Source of the DNA: a virus
Taxonomy: Duplodnaviria > Caudoviricetes
Length of the DNA stretch: 64,000 nt
Virus record (IMG/VR): IMGVR_UViG_3300025889_000071
Reading direction: 5' to 3' (one strand)
The notes under the pieces: generated by a model
What the model was told of the DNA's origin: nothing
Database searches by the model: none
The model's input: only the letters and a program-made list of their open reading frames with translations
Position numbers and translations under genes: made by a program
In this document: positions 18,705 through 27,200 of the stretch, in pieces
Layout: each line of letters begins with the position of its first letter
Position numbering within the stretch: the first letter of the stretch is position 1

Positions 18705-19925
18705 ATGCCCATAGCACCTACTCCACGCGAACGTATTACAGTTAATTATATTAGTCCTACTATGGGATTAGTAACTGATATTACTATAGAAGAAGCGAAT
18801 GCATATGAAAAAAATAATCCAGGAACAATTTTTATTTTTGTTGATGGTGAGGGAGATATTAACTATTTGGGAATAGAACAGGTTAATCTTCTTACGGTCA
18901 ATAGTTTACTTCGTGTGAGTCCTTGTGATGTGACTCCCAGAAAATGTGGACCTCCAGTGGTTAATATTTACGGAGGTGGAGGAATTGGTGCAATAGCAAA
19001 CCCAATTATTGATCCAAATGGTGTTTTAATTGCAGTTGATCTGGTTTCTGGTGGGTTTGGTTATACTTCTGCTCCAAGAGTTGCAATTATTGATGAATGT
19101 GATCTTGGAAGTGGAGCTGTTGTAAATGCAGAAATTGACGATGGAGGTTCAGTATCTAATATCATTATTTTTGATGGAGGAACTGGATATGTACCAGGAA
19201 CTATATCAGTTGATGCAACACCACAAATAAATCCATCGGATCCAGATTATCCAGTTGTTTTACAATTAGATGATGTAATAGTTGAAAAACCAGGTATTAA
19301 CTACAATTGTTCTGAAGATAATATCGTAATTACCCCCAGTAATGGAACTGAATTAGCATATACATGTGATCCATTTGGAAGAATCAACGGAGTAACTGTA
19401 AAAACTGGAGGTTATTTCACTGAAATTCCTACAATTGGAATTGAAAGTAATACTGGGGTAAATGCAAAATTTATTCCTACGTTCAAAATTATTAGAGAAG
19501 TTGAAGAAATTGTAGAAAGAGGTGCTGTAAAGGTTGTTTATGTAAAGGATTTGGTTGGCCTTACTATAAATGGTTATTTGGATGGAAAACCATTTTATGG
19601 AAAAGTATTTTTTGAAGATGGTATTAAATATGCGGGAGTTTCTGGCCAAGGTGGTGCAAAAATAAGAGTTTATGATACTAGGATTGAAAGTATCAATAAG
19701 GAAAATATAGTGAGAGTAGATGAGGTTGTTCTTTCTAGAGGACAAACAGAAGGAACAGTTGCTTTTATTCAGGAACAAGCATCTACGGAAACTTCCACCA
19801 ATCAAGTTAATTATGGTTATATAACAGAATCACCTTCTCCTTCTCCAGCACCTTCTCCAGCACCTTCTCCAGCACCTTCACCTTCACCACCACCATCTGG
19901 AGGAGATTATGGTGGCGGTTACTAA
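18705..19925 (+). CDS. Virion structural protein with G-x-G-Y repeats and Pro/Ser tail
   Basis: GGGGIGAIA, SGGFGYTSAP, GGTGY; ends (PSPA)n-SGGDYGGGY. Confidence 0.7.
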   Translation: MPIAPTPRERITVNYISPTMGLVTDITIEEANAYEKNNPGTIFIFVDGEGDINYLGIEQVNLLTVNSLLRVSPCDVTPRKCGPPVVNIYGGGGIGAIANPIIDPNGVLIAVDLVSGGFGYTSAPRVAIIDECDLGSGAVVNAEIDDGGSVSNIIIFDGGTGYVPGTISVDATPQINPSDPDYPVVLQLDDVIVEKPGINYNCSEDNIVITPSNGTELAYTCDPFGRINGVTVKTGGYFTEIPTIGIESNTGVNAKFIPTFKIIREVEEIVERGAVKVVYVKDLVGLTINGYLDGKPFYGKVFFEDGIKYAGVSGQGGAKIRVYDTRIESINKENIVRVDEVVLSRGQTEGTVAFIQEQASTETSTNQVNYGYITESPSPSPAPSPAPSPAPSPSPPPSGGDYGGGY

Positions 19926-19952
19926 TAAATATTAAAAAGTAATTCTCATTAT

Positions 19953-20480
19953 ATGTCAAAAAAAGAAAATTTTTGGACACAAGTGATTGCTGCAATGAAT
20001 GGTGCAATGACTTTTGGTGGCCTTAGTCCATCAGGAGATGTGCGTTCTAGCATTGAACTTCAAGGTGCTGATGGAAGACATTTTATAGATTTGTCTGAAG
20101 ATGGTGTTCGTGAAGGATGGACCACTATAAATGCTCCAGGTGCAATTCAAATTAATGCAGGAGAAGATTTAGAGAAGGACCAACATGGTATTTTTATTAA
20201 TACTGAAAATGGTGATATTATTCTTCGAGCAAAAGATGGAAGAATAAGAATTGAAGGAACTGATGTTGAAATTGTAGCATCTAATAATTTTTTGGTAAAT
20301 GCAGTTGAAGCTGTCAAGATAGATTCAAAAAATATTACAATTGATGCAGTACAATCACTTAAACTTTTGACAACAGGTGCATTAACAATTGATGGTAAAT
20401 TAGCTACACAAATTTTATCACCAATAGTTCATGCAATAACATGTGCTACAGACCCAGAGAAAAAACCAGGAGAAATTTGA
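19953..20480 (+). CDS. Hypothetical protein resembling gp5 C-terminal beta-helix
   Basis: Beta-rich I.I.A repeats; baseplate context. Confidence 0.55.
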   Translation: MSKKENFWTQVIAAMNGAMTFGGLSPSGDVRSSIELQGADGRHFIDLSEDGVREGWTTINAPGAIQINAGEDLEKDQHGIFINTENGDIILRAKDGRIRIEGTDVEIVASNNFLVNAVEAVKIDSKNITIDAVQSLKLLTTGALTIDGKLATQILSPIVHAITCATDPEKKPGEI

Positions 20481-20492
20481 GGAGAAAATAAA

Positions 20493-21311
20493 ATGGCATT
20501 TCAAGCAGATGAATTTTGGGCTTATGGTGGACAACTTCTTTGTTCAGAACCAAATAAAATACCAATTGCTCTTGGTGTAGGACCAAGTAAAATTATTGGT
20601 TCTTCTTACATTCAGGGTCCAGCAATGGTAGGAAGTCCAGATAGATTTCCTAATGTGTATGCAACGATGATGATTGGACCACCAGCACATTCTGGTCCTC
20701 AACCTGTTATTCCAGGTGCATTATGTTATGGAGTTAATAATCCATATTCACTAGCAGTTTCAGGACCCTCTGCACTTATGGGTCCGGTAGATGCGAATGG
20801 TAATATAAGTGCTCAAGGTAATGTTCAGGCACAGTCTGATGTATTGGCTAAGTGTGGAACAGTATCTTTAACAGAGACATATGCAATTGCAAAGTCCAAA
20901 AAAAGTTTTGATATTCCTCATCCATCAAAAGAAGGATGGAGATTGAGGCATGTTTGTCCGGAAGGTCCATCTAGTGATGTATATTTTAGAGGAAGAGTTA
21001 CAAATAAAAAAGAAATTCAACTTCCATTATATTGGGAAGAACTTGTTGATCCAACAACAATAACGGTCAATTTAACACCAATTGGAGCTCATCAGAATGT
21101 AATTGTAAAAAGAATTGCTGATAATAAAATTTATCTACAAGCAAATGGTGGGATGCCAATCAATTGCTTCTTTCATGTTTATGCAACTCGTATTGATGGC
21201 GAGAGATTAATTCCCGAATATGAAGGAACTTCACCTGCAGATTATCCAGGTGATAATAGTGGATATTCTATTGCTAGTTACACTTACGACATTCCATCTG
21301 GAGAACAATAA
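20493..21311 (+). CDS. Structural protein with chaperone-like C-terminal module
   Basis: KSFDIPHPSKEGWRLRHVCPEGP..DVYFRG, ITVNLTPIG. Confidence 0.6.
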   Translation: MAFQADEFWAYGGQLLCSEPNKIPIALGVGPSKIIGSSYIQGPAMVGSPDRFPNVYATMMIGPPAHSGPQPVIPGALCYGVNNPYSLAVSGPSALMGPVDANGNISAQGNVQAQSDVLAKCGTVSLTETYAIAKSKKSFDIPHPSKEGWRLRHVCPEGPSSDVYFRGRVTNKKEIQLPLYWEELVDPTTITVNLTPIGAHQNVIVKRIADNKIYLQANGGMPINCFFHVYATRIDGERLIPEYEGTSPADYPGDNSGYSIASYTYDIPSGEQ

Positions 21312-22949
21312 ATGGCAGATCCTAATTTAGAGTTTATTAAACTAGATGTATCACCATTACCAGTGATAGAAGATGGTGCTCCTGGTGTTGATATTGACTC
21401 ATCTGGAATAGCTGTTGTTGGAATTATCACTGCAACAACTTTTGTTGGTGATGATATTACAATTGGAACTGGTGTTACTATTAATGACTCTGGAATACAT
21501 GTAACAGGAGTCATCACTGCAACATCTTTTGTTGGTGATGGTTCTAATGTAACAGGTATTTCAACACTTAACATCACAGGTTATAGTGGTGGTGGAGGAG
21601 GAGCATTTTCGTATGATAACACCACAAATGTCTTTACAACAAATCTAACATCATTACCAGATAGAGATACTGGTTCTAATAATTTCTTTGTAGGGGCAAA
21701 TGCGGGAAATCGTATTACAACGGGTTCTCATAATATAGGAATAGGAACCTCTGCCGGAAATCAACTTACTACTGGAAGTTGTAATAACTTCTTTGGTAAT
21801 TGTGCAGGAAGATGCAACACCACTGGATGCAACAATAACTTCTTTGGTAATCAGGCAGGATACAATAACACCTGTGGATGTCATAATAACTTCTTTGGTT
21901 GTTGTGCAGGACACTGCAACACCACTGGATGCAACAATAACTTCTTTGGTCGTTATGCAGGATGTCTCAACACCTCTGGAAGTCATAATAACTTCTTTGG
22001 TTGTTGTGCAGGAAGATGCACTACCGTTGGAAGTTCAAATAACTTCTTTGGTTATCAGGCAGGATATAGAAACTGTAGTGGAGTATTTAATAACTTCTTT
22101 GGATATTGTGCAGGATACAACAGCACCACTGGATGTGGTAATAACTACCTTGGTTATTGGGCAGGAAGATTAAACAGTTGTGGAAAATTTAATAACTTCT
22201 TTGGATATCTTGCAGGATGCAGGAACAGCACTGGATGTTGTAATAACTTCTTTGGATATCAGGCAGGATACAACAACACCACTGGATTTGAAAACAACTT
22301 TATTGGTGCTCATGCGGGATGTAATAATACCTTTGGGGATTATAATAACTTCCTTGGTACATGTGCAGGAAGATGTAATACCAGTGGAAACCATAATACT
22401 GCCATTGGTTGTAATTCAGGATACAACAACAGCACTGGAAACAATAATGTTTCAATAGGCCAAAGTGCAGGATGTTTAGTAACCGGTTCCAATAATATTA
22501 TGATTGGTTGTGGAACTGGTATTGGTGTGAATGGAATGGGAGACCATACTGGTAGTGATACAATCTATATGGGTAATACTAGTCATACAAAGGCTTGTAT
22601 TCAAATTGCATGGACAACAAACTCTGATGTTCGTAACAAGTGTATTTGGGGTAATGTTTCACATGGAAGAGATTTCTTGAGAAACGTAAATCCAATTAAG
22701 TATTCATTTAAGAGTAGAGATACAGATGAACTTATTGATGAAAAAATGAGATATGGTTTCTGTGCTCAAGAAATTTTATCTCTTGAACTTCCAGAAAATC
22801 CAGTTATTACTAATGTAGATAATGCAGATAATTATGGTGTCACCCATGAGTATTTGATTCCTATCTTGGTAAATGCTATTAAAGAACTTGATGCAGAAAA
22901 CAAAGCAATTCTTGCTCGCTTGGAGGCCCTAGAGAAAGAAAGCCCTTGA
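21312..22949 (+). CDS. Tail fibre-like protein 1 with 17-aa Cys/Asn repeats and peptidase S74 chaperone
   Basis: 12 canonical GxxNN(F/Y)(F/L/I)GxxAG units; SDVRNK...VNPIKY..GFCAQEI...coiled-coil end. Confidence 0.8.
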   Translation: MADPNLEFIKLDVSPLPVIEDGAPGVDIDSSGIAVVGIITATTFVGDDITIGTGVTINDSGIHVTGVITATSFVGDGSNVTGISTLNITGYSGGGGGAFSYDNTTNVFTTNLTSLPDRDTGSNNFFVGANAGNRITTGSHNIGIGTSAGNQLTTGSCNNFFGNCAGRCNTTGCNNNFFGNQAGYNNTCGCHNNFFGCCAGHCNTTGCNNNFFGRYAGCLNTSGSHNNFFGCCAGRCTTVGSSNNFFGYQAGYRNCSGVFNNFFGYCAGYNSTTGCGNNYLGYWAGRLNSCGKFNNFFGYLAGCRNSTGCCNNFFGYQAGYNNTTGFENNFIGAHAGCNNTFGDYNNFLGTCAGRCNTSGNHNTAIGCNSGYNNSTGNNNVSIGQSAGCLVTGSNNIMIGCGTGIGVNGMGDHTGSDTIYMGNTSHTKACIQIAWTTNSDVRNKCIWGNVSHGRDFLRNVNPIKYSFKSRDTDELIDEKMRYGFCAQEILSLELPENPVITNVDNADNYGVTHEYLIPILVNAIKELDAENKAILARLEALEKESP

Positions 22950-22974
22950 CGACCCCATCGCTCTCTGTTATACT
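22946..22974 (+). promoter_or_regulatory. Sigma70-like promoter upstream of small ORFs and the tRNA cluster
   Basis: TTGACG-N17-TATACT. Confidence 0.75.
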
Positions 22975-23001
22975 ATATGAGTAATCAAGGAAACCCACCG
23001 A

Positions 23002-23184
23002 ATGCAAGACGAGTTTCTCACCCGTTGTGTTGTTGATCCTACTAAAAGGAAGTTCTATTTGTTTTCAAACGAAGGTGACGAGAAAGTGATTGATTGTGAA
23101 ACAATGGAACAATTCATGAGCGTTCTTCAATTTGTTCGTGCTACTTGTAGTGAAGATGTTCTTGCATATTCCAATCCTCTTTGA
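23002..23184 (+). CDS. Conserved cyanophage hypothetical protein
   Basis: VVDPTKRKFYLFSNEGDEKVIDCETMEQFMSVL; downstream of the promoter. Confidence 0.7.
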   Translation: MQDEFLTRCVVDPTKRKFYLFSNEGDEKVIDCETMEQFMSVLQFVRATCSEDVLAYSNPL

Positions 23185-23406
23185 TAAGATGAATGCATAT
23201 TCTCCAGAGCTTTACAAAGATATCCTAGAATGCTATAATTATGAGACCAGAAACCCGACAGTCTATGGAAATGTTATTTGCAGCAAAATGGAATTTACCA
23301 AAAGCAGCGAAAAACGCAGGACTGACCAACAAGGAGATGAAAATTACATTTAACGAGTATTGTACTTTTCATCCACCAACATATAAACCTGAATAAGGTT
23401 TTTCTT

Positions 23407-23478
23407 GGGAGTGTCGCATATTGGTTAATGCCCATGCCTTATAAGCGTGTGAACCGAGTTCAATTCTCGGCATTCCCA
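23407..23478 (+). tRNA. trnI: tRNA-Ile (UAU)
   Basis: Acceptor GGGAGTG/CATTCCC; anticodon arm CATGC-CTTATAA-GCGTG; T arm CCGAG-TTCAATT-CTCGG. Confidence 0.85.
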
Positions 23479-23481
23479 CTT

Positions 23482-23554
23482 GCTCCTTTAGCTCTCTGGT
23501 GAAAGCTCTCTGCTCATAACAGAAGAAAGGTCAGTTCGATCCTGACAAGGAGCA
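23482..23554 (+). tRNA. tRNA with CAU anticodon (Met or Ile2)
   Basis: Acceptor GCTCCTT/AAGGAGC; loop CTCATAA; T arm GTCAG-TTCGATC-CTGAC. Confidence 0.85.
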
Positions 23555-23557
23555 CTC

Positions 23558-23629
23558 GGGTGATTGGCGCAGAGGTAGCGCAGTAGATTTACATTCTATT
23601 GGTCACTGGTTCGAATCCAGTATCACCCA
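23558..23629 (+). tRNA. trnV: tRNA-Val (UAC)
   Basis: Acceptor GGGTGAT/ATCACCC; anticodon arm GTAGA-TTTACAT-TCTAT; T arm ACTGG-TTCGAAT-CCAGT. Confidence 0.9.
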
Positions 23630-23633
23630 CCTT

Positions 23634-23916
23634 GCGAGTATGGTGGAATCGGTAGACACACCAGACTTATGAAAATTGAGCCTCATTTGAGAAATCTTAT
23701 GAGTGTAACTCCTCAAATTCGGGGAAACCTGTAAAATGGCAATCCCGAGCCAAGCATCGCAAGATGAAGGTGTAGAGACTAGACGGGGAGCACCTAAACC
23801 GAAAGGTATGGTGAAGGGATAGTCCAGACCACAAACCGTAAGGGCAAGGAAACTTGTAGTGGTAAGAAAATCTGTTGACCATTGCGGTCGTGGGAGTTCA
23901 AGTCTCCCTACTCGCA
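23634..23916 (+). tRNA. trnL: tRNA-Leu (UAA), intron-containing (exons 23634-23668 and 23867-23916)
   Basis: Acceptor GCGAGTA/TACTCGC; joining the exons gives CCAGA-CTTAAAA-TCTGT, a long variable arm and T loop TTCAAGT. Confidence 0.92.
23669..23866 (+). ncRNA. Group I intron (IC3-like, cyanobacterial trnL type), 198 nt, no ORF
   Basis: P1 exon CUU pairs with GAG (U.G at splice site); P AAATTCGGGGAAAC, Q AATCCCGAGC, R GTAGAGACTAGA, S ATAGTCC; GNRA-capped P2, P8, P9; terminal G. Confidence 0.92.
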
Positions 23917-23946
23917 TTAAAATAAATAAGACAAAACGGTAAGTAT

Positions 23947-24258
23947 ATGTCTTATCAATACAAAATCACCAGTTCATATTGTTGGTATAATAATGGCAGT
24001 ATGATTGTGAAAATGTATTTCATAAATGGCCTTCCATTTACTTTTGATGAACTTCCAGATGGACATTTACGCGATAAAGAATTAATTAAAGAAGCAAATA
24101 AATCAATATCTTATGAACCAGATGAAATGTATCGATATTCATTTTATCTGATTGATGAAGAAATGCATCCGATGCTTTTTCCTGTTGATTTGGAAAATCC
24201 GGAAGATATGCCAGACCAAGAAATAGAACTTTGTGATGAGCAAGATTTTATGCGATAA
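23947..24258 (+). CDS. Conserved cyanophage hypothetical protein
   Basis: IVKMYFINGLPFTFDEL motif, acidic. Confidence 0.7.
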   Translation: MSYQYKITSSYCWYNNGSMIVKMYFINGLPFTFDELPDGHLRDKELIKEANKSISYEPDEMYRYSFYLIDEEMHPMLFPVDLENPEDMPDQEIELCDEQDFMR

Positions 24259-24291
24259 ATAAAATATAAGGAATTACTTGCAGAAAATAAA

Positions 24292-27200
24292 ATGGGTCTC
24301 TCAAGATTAGAGAATTTTATCAAGAATGTTCGTGGCAATATTTTGTATGTGAGTCCCAATGATTTGGACTCTACTGATAGTATTGAAAATAGTGGAAATT
24401 CACTCACTCGACCATTCAAAACAATACAAAGAGCACTGGTTGAAGCATCTAGATTTTCATATCAAAAAGGATTGAATAATGATAGATTCAATCAAACAAC
24501 TATTTTAGTATATCCTGGTGAGCATACTATTGATAATAGGCCTGGATATATTCCTGATGGTTTGGGTACATTTAAAACTAGAAGTGGATTTAACGCTGAA
24601 GATTTTACAGCATGGGATGGAAACACTGTATATGATTTAAATACCGAGAACAATGCACTATACAAATTAAATAGTGTTCATGGTGGTGTTATTGTTCCTC
24701 GTGGTGTATCAATTATTGGTATTGATTTAAGAAAAACGAAAATAAGACCAAAATATATTCCAAATCCAACTGATAGTAATATTCCAAGTTCTGCCGTGTT
24801 CAGATTAACCGGTGGTTCTTATGTACAAAATTTTACTATTTTAGATGGTGATCCAAATAGCACATCATATAGAGATTATTTGAACAGTGACTTTATTCCT
24901 AATTTTTCTCACCATAAATTAACCTGTTTTGAATATGTTGATGGTACAAATAATGTAAAAATAAGTGATACTTTCTTAACATATGAATCAACCAGAACAG
25001 ACCTTGATATGTATTATGAAAAGGTCGGATTGGTCTATGGTACTGCAAGCGGAAGAGAAATTCAACCAGATTATCCGTCCACTGGTTTAGACATTGAACC
25101 TAAAGTTGATGAGTATCGTCTTGTTGGTCCTACTGGCCAATCTGTAGAAATTTCTGCCATACAAGCAGGTAATGGTGTTGTTGCCACAACAACTATCACA
25201 GTTACAACGGCAACTGCAATTGATGGTTTAGATGTAGATAATGTTATAGTTATTGATGGATTAGCAGATACAGAATATAATGGAAGATATACTGTTACTG
25301 AAAAAATTAATTCAACACAATTTAAATATATTACAAATAATCCTCCTGTAGACCCAAATCCATCATCAACTGCAACTGCAACAGCATCTATTGTCGTTGA
25401 TAATATAACATCAGCATCTCCGTATATCAATACAATCACATTGAAATCTGTTTATGGAATGTGTGGTGTTCTTGCAGATGGATCAAAATCTTCAGGATTT
25501 AAATCAATTGTTATTTCGGAATTTTCAGGTATCTCTCTTCAGAAAGATGAAAATGCCTTTGTAAAATTTAATAAGACCAGTGGTGTATACGAAGATACTA
25601 CAATTCCTGGTAATGAGAACTTAAGTTCTGATATAGATGCAGTTTATAAACCAGCATATTCAAATTTCCATATTAAAGGAACTGGAGATACTTATATTCA
25701 AGCAGTATCTTGTTTTGCTATCGGTTTTTCAGAGCAATTTGTTTCTATTGATGGAGCAAATTTATCGTTAAGTAATTGTAATTCAAATTTTGGAGCTAAA
25801 TCATTATCTTCATCTGGTTTCAAAAATACTGCAACAAGTACTGAAGATTTAGGATACATTTCTCATATTCTTCCACCAAGAGAAGTGGATGAAGATGAAA
25901 TTAGTGTATCTTTTGCTCCAATTGATATTAAAACCACTATTGGAATTGGTACAACTAATGAAAGATTATATTTGTATGATCAAAAAAATGTAGACTCTAT
26001 ACCATCAAGTGAGTTCAATGGATATAAAATTGGTGCAAAAGCATCTGATAAACTTTATATTTTAACCTCAAATGGTGAGCAAAAGGTAGAGCATTTTTCA
26101 AGAATTGTAATGTCTAATTCTCAGTCTAGTTCTGAAAAAGTATTTAATGTTCTCAAAACAAATGTTGGTATCAATAGTATTGTTTCTAATACCATTACAT
26201 TAACAGAAAATCATACTTTCCAGAATGCAGAATCGGTGAGAGTTATCAGTGAAGATGGTTCTCTTCCAGATGGAATAGAATCAAACACCGTATATTATGC
26301 AATTACCTCTGGAGTAGATCCTGACGAGATTAAACTTGCGAGTAGTGAAGCTAATGCAAGAACTTTAAGTGCGATTTCATTTAATAATTTTGGAGGTTCT
26401 TTAAAGATTGTCAGTAGGGTATCTGATAAAAAATCTGGTGATGTTGGCCACCCAATCCAATATGATACTGGTTCTAGTCAATGGTATATTAAGGTAGCAA
26501 CTGCTAATACAGAGAACTTAATTTATTCAAATGTAATTGTTGGTTTAGGAACAACTGCATTTAATAATGACGCATCACCTAAAACATATGTGAAGAGAAC
26601 ACCTGATAATAGGCAATTAAAGGATTCAATTTATCGTCTTCGTTATGTTATACCTGAAGTTGATTCAACAGTGGCAAAACCACCATCTATTGGAGCAGTT
26701 ATTCAAGAATCAAGTACTTCAATTGGTAGCACAGCAATAGAAGTAGGAAAATATTTTGGTTCCGGCACACTGACTAATTCAAATCAATTAAGAAATTTTA
26801 AAATTATATCTGATGTTTCATGGGATACTGAATTAGCATATTTCACAACAGAAGTTCCACACAAGTTGAATGTGGGATCACAAGTTCAAATTAATAATGT
26901 AAAGAGCACCTTGAATGTTGCTGGAGTAGGAAATTCAGGATTTAATAGAACTTATTCTGTTGTTGGGGTAGGAAGTGCTAAACAATTTAGTGTAGGATTA
27001 TCAACAGATCCAGGATCTTTTACGAGTGATATTACAGTAAGAGATACAAATCTTCCAAACTTCTCAAGAAAAAGATATAGAAATACTTATTATGTGCAAA
27101 ATGTTGAAGAAGTTCAAGAATATATTAGTGGAGTTCAACCTGGAGTTTATTATCTAACAGTTTTGAATTCTACTAATTCTCCATCAATATCACCATTCAC

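Noticed and set aside
23603-23917. Minus-strand 104-aa ORF and plus-strand 61-aa ORF across the tRNA cluster
   Set aside because: They overlap tRNA-Val, tRNA-Leu and the intron core, and show no LAGLIDADG, HNH or GIY-YIG motifs, so the intron is ORF-less.
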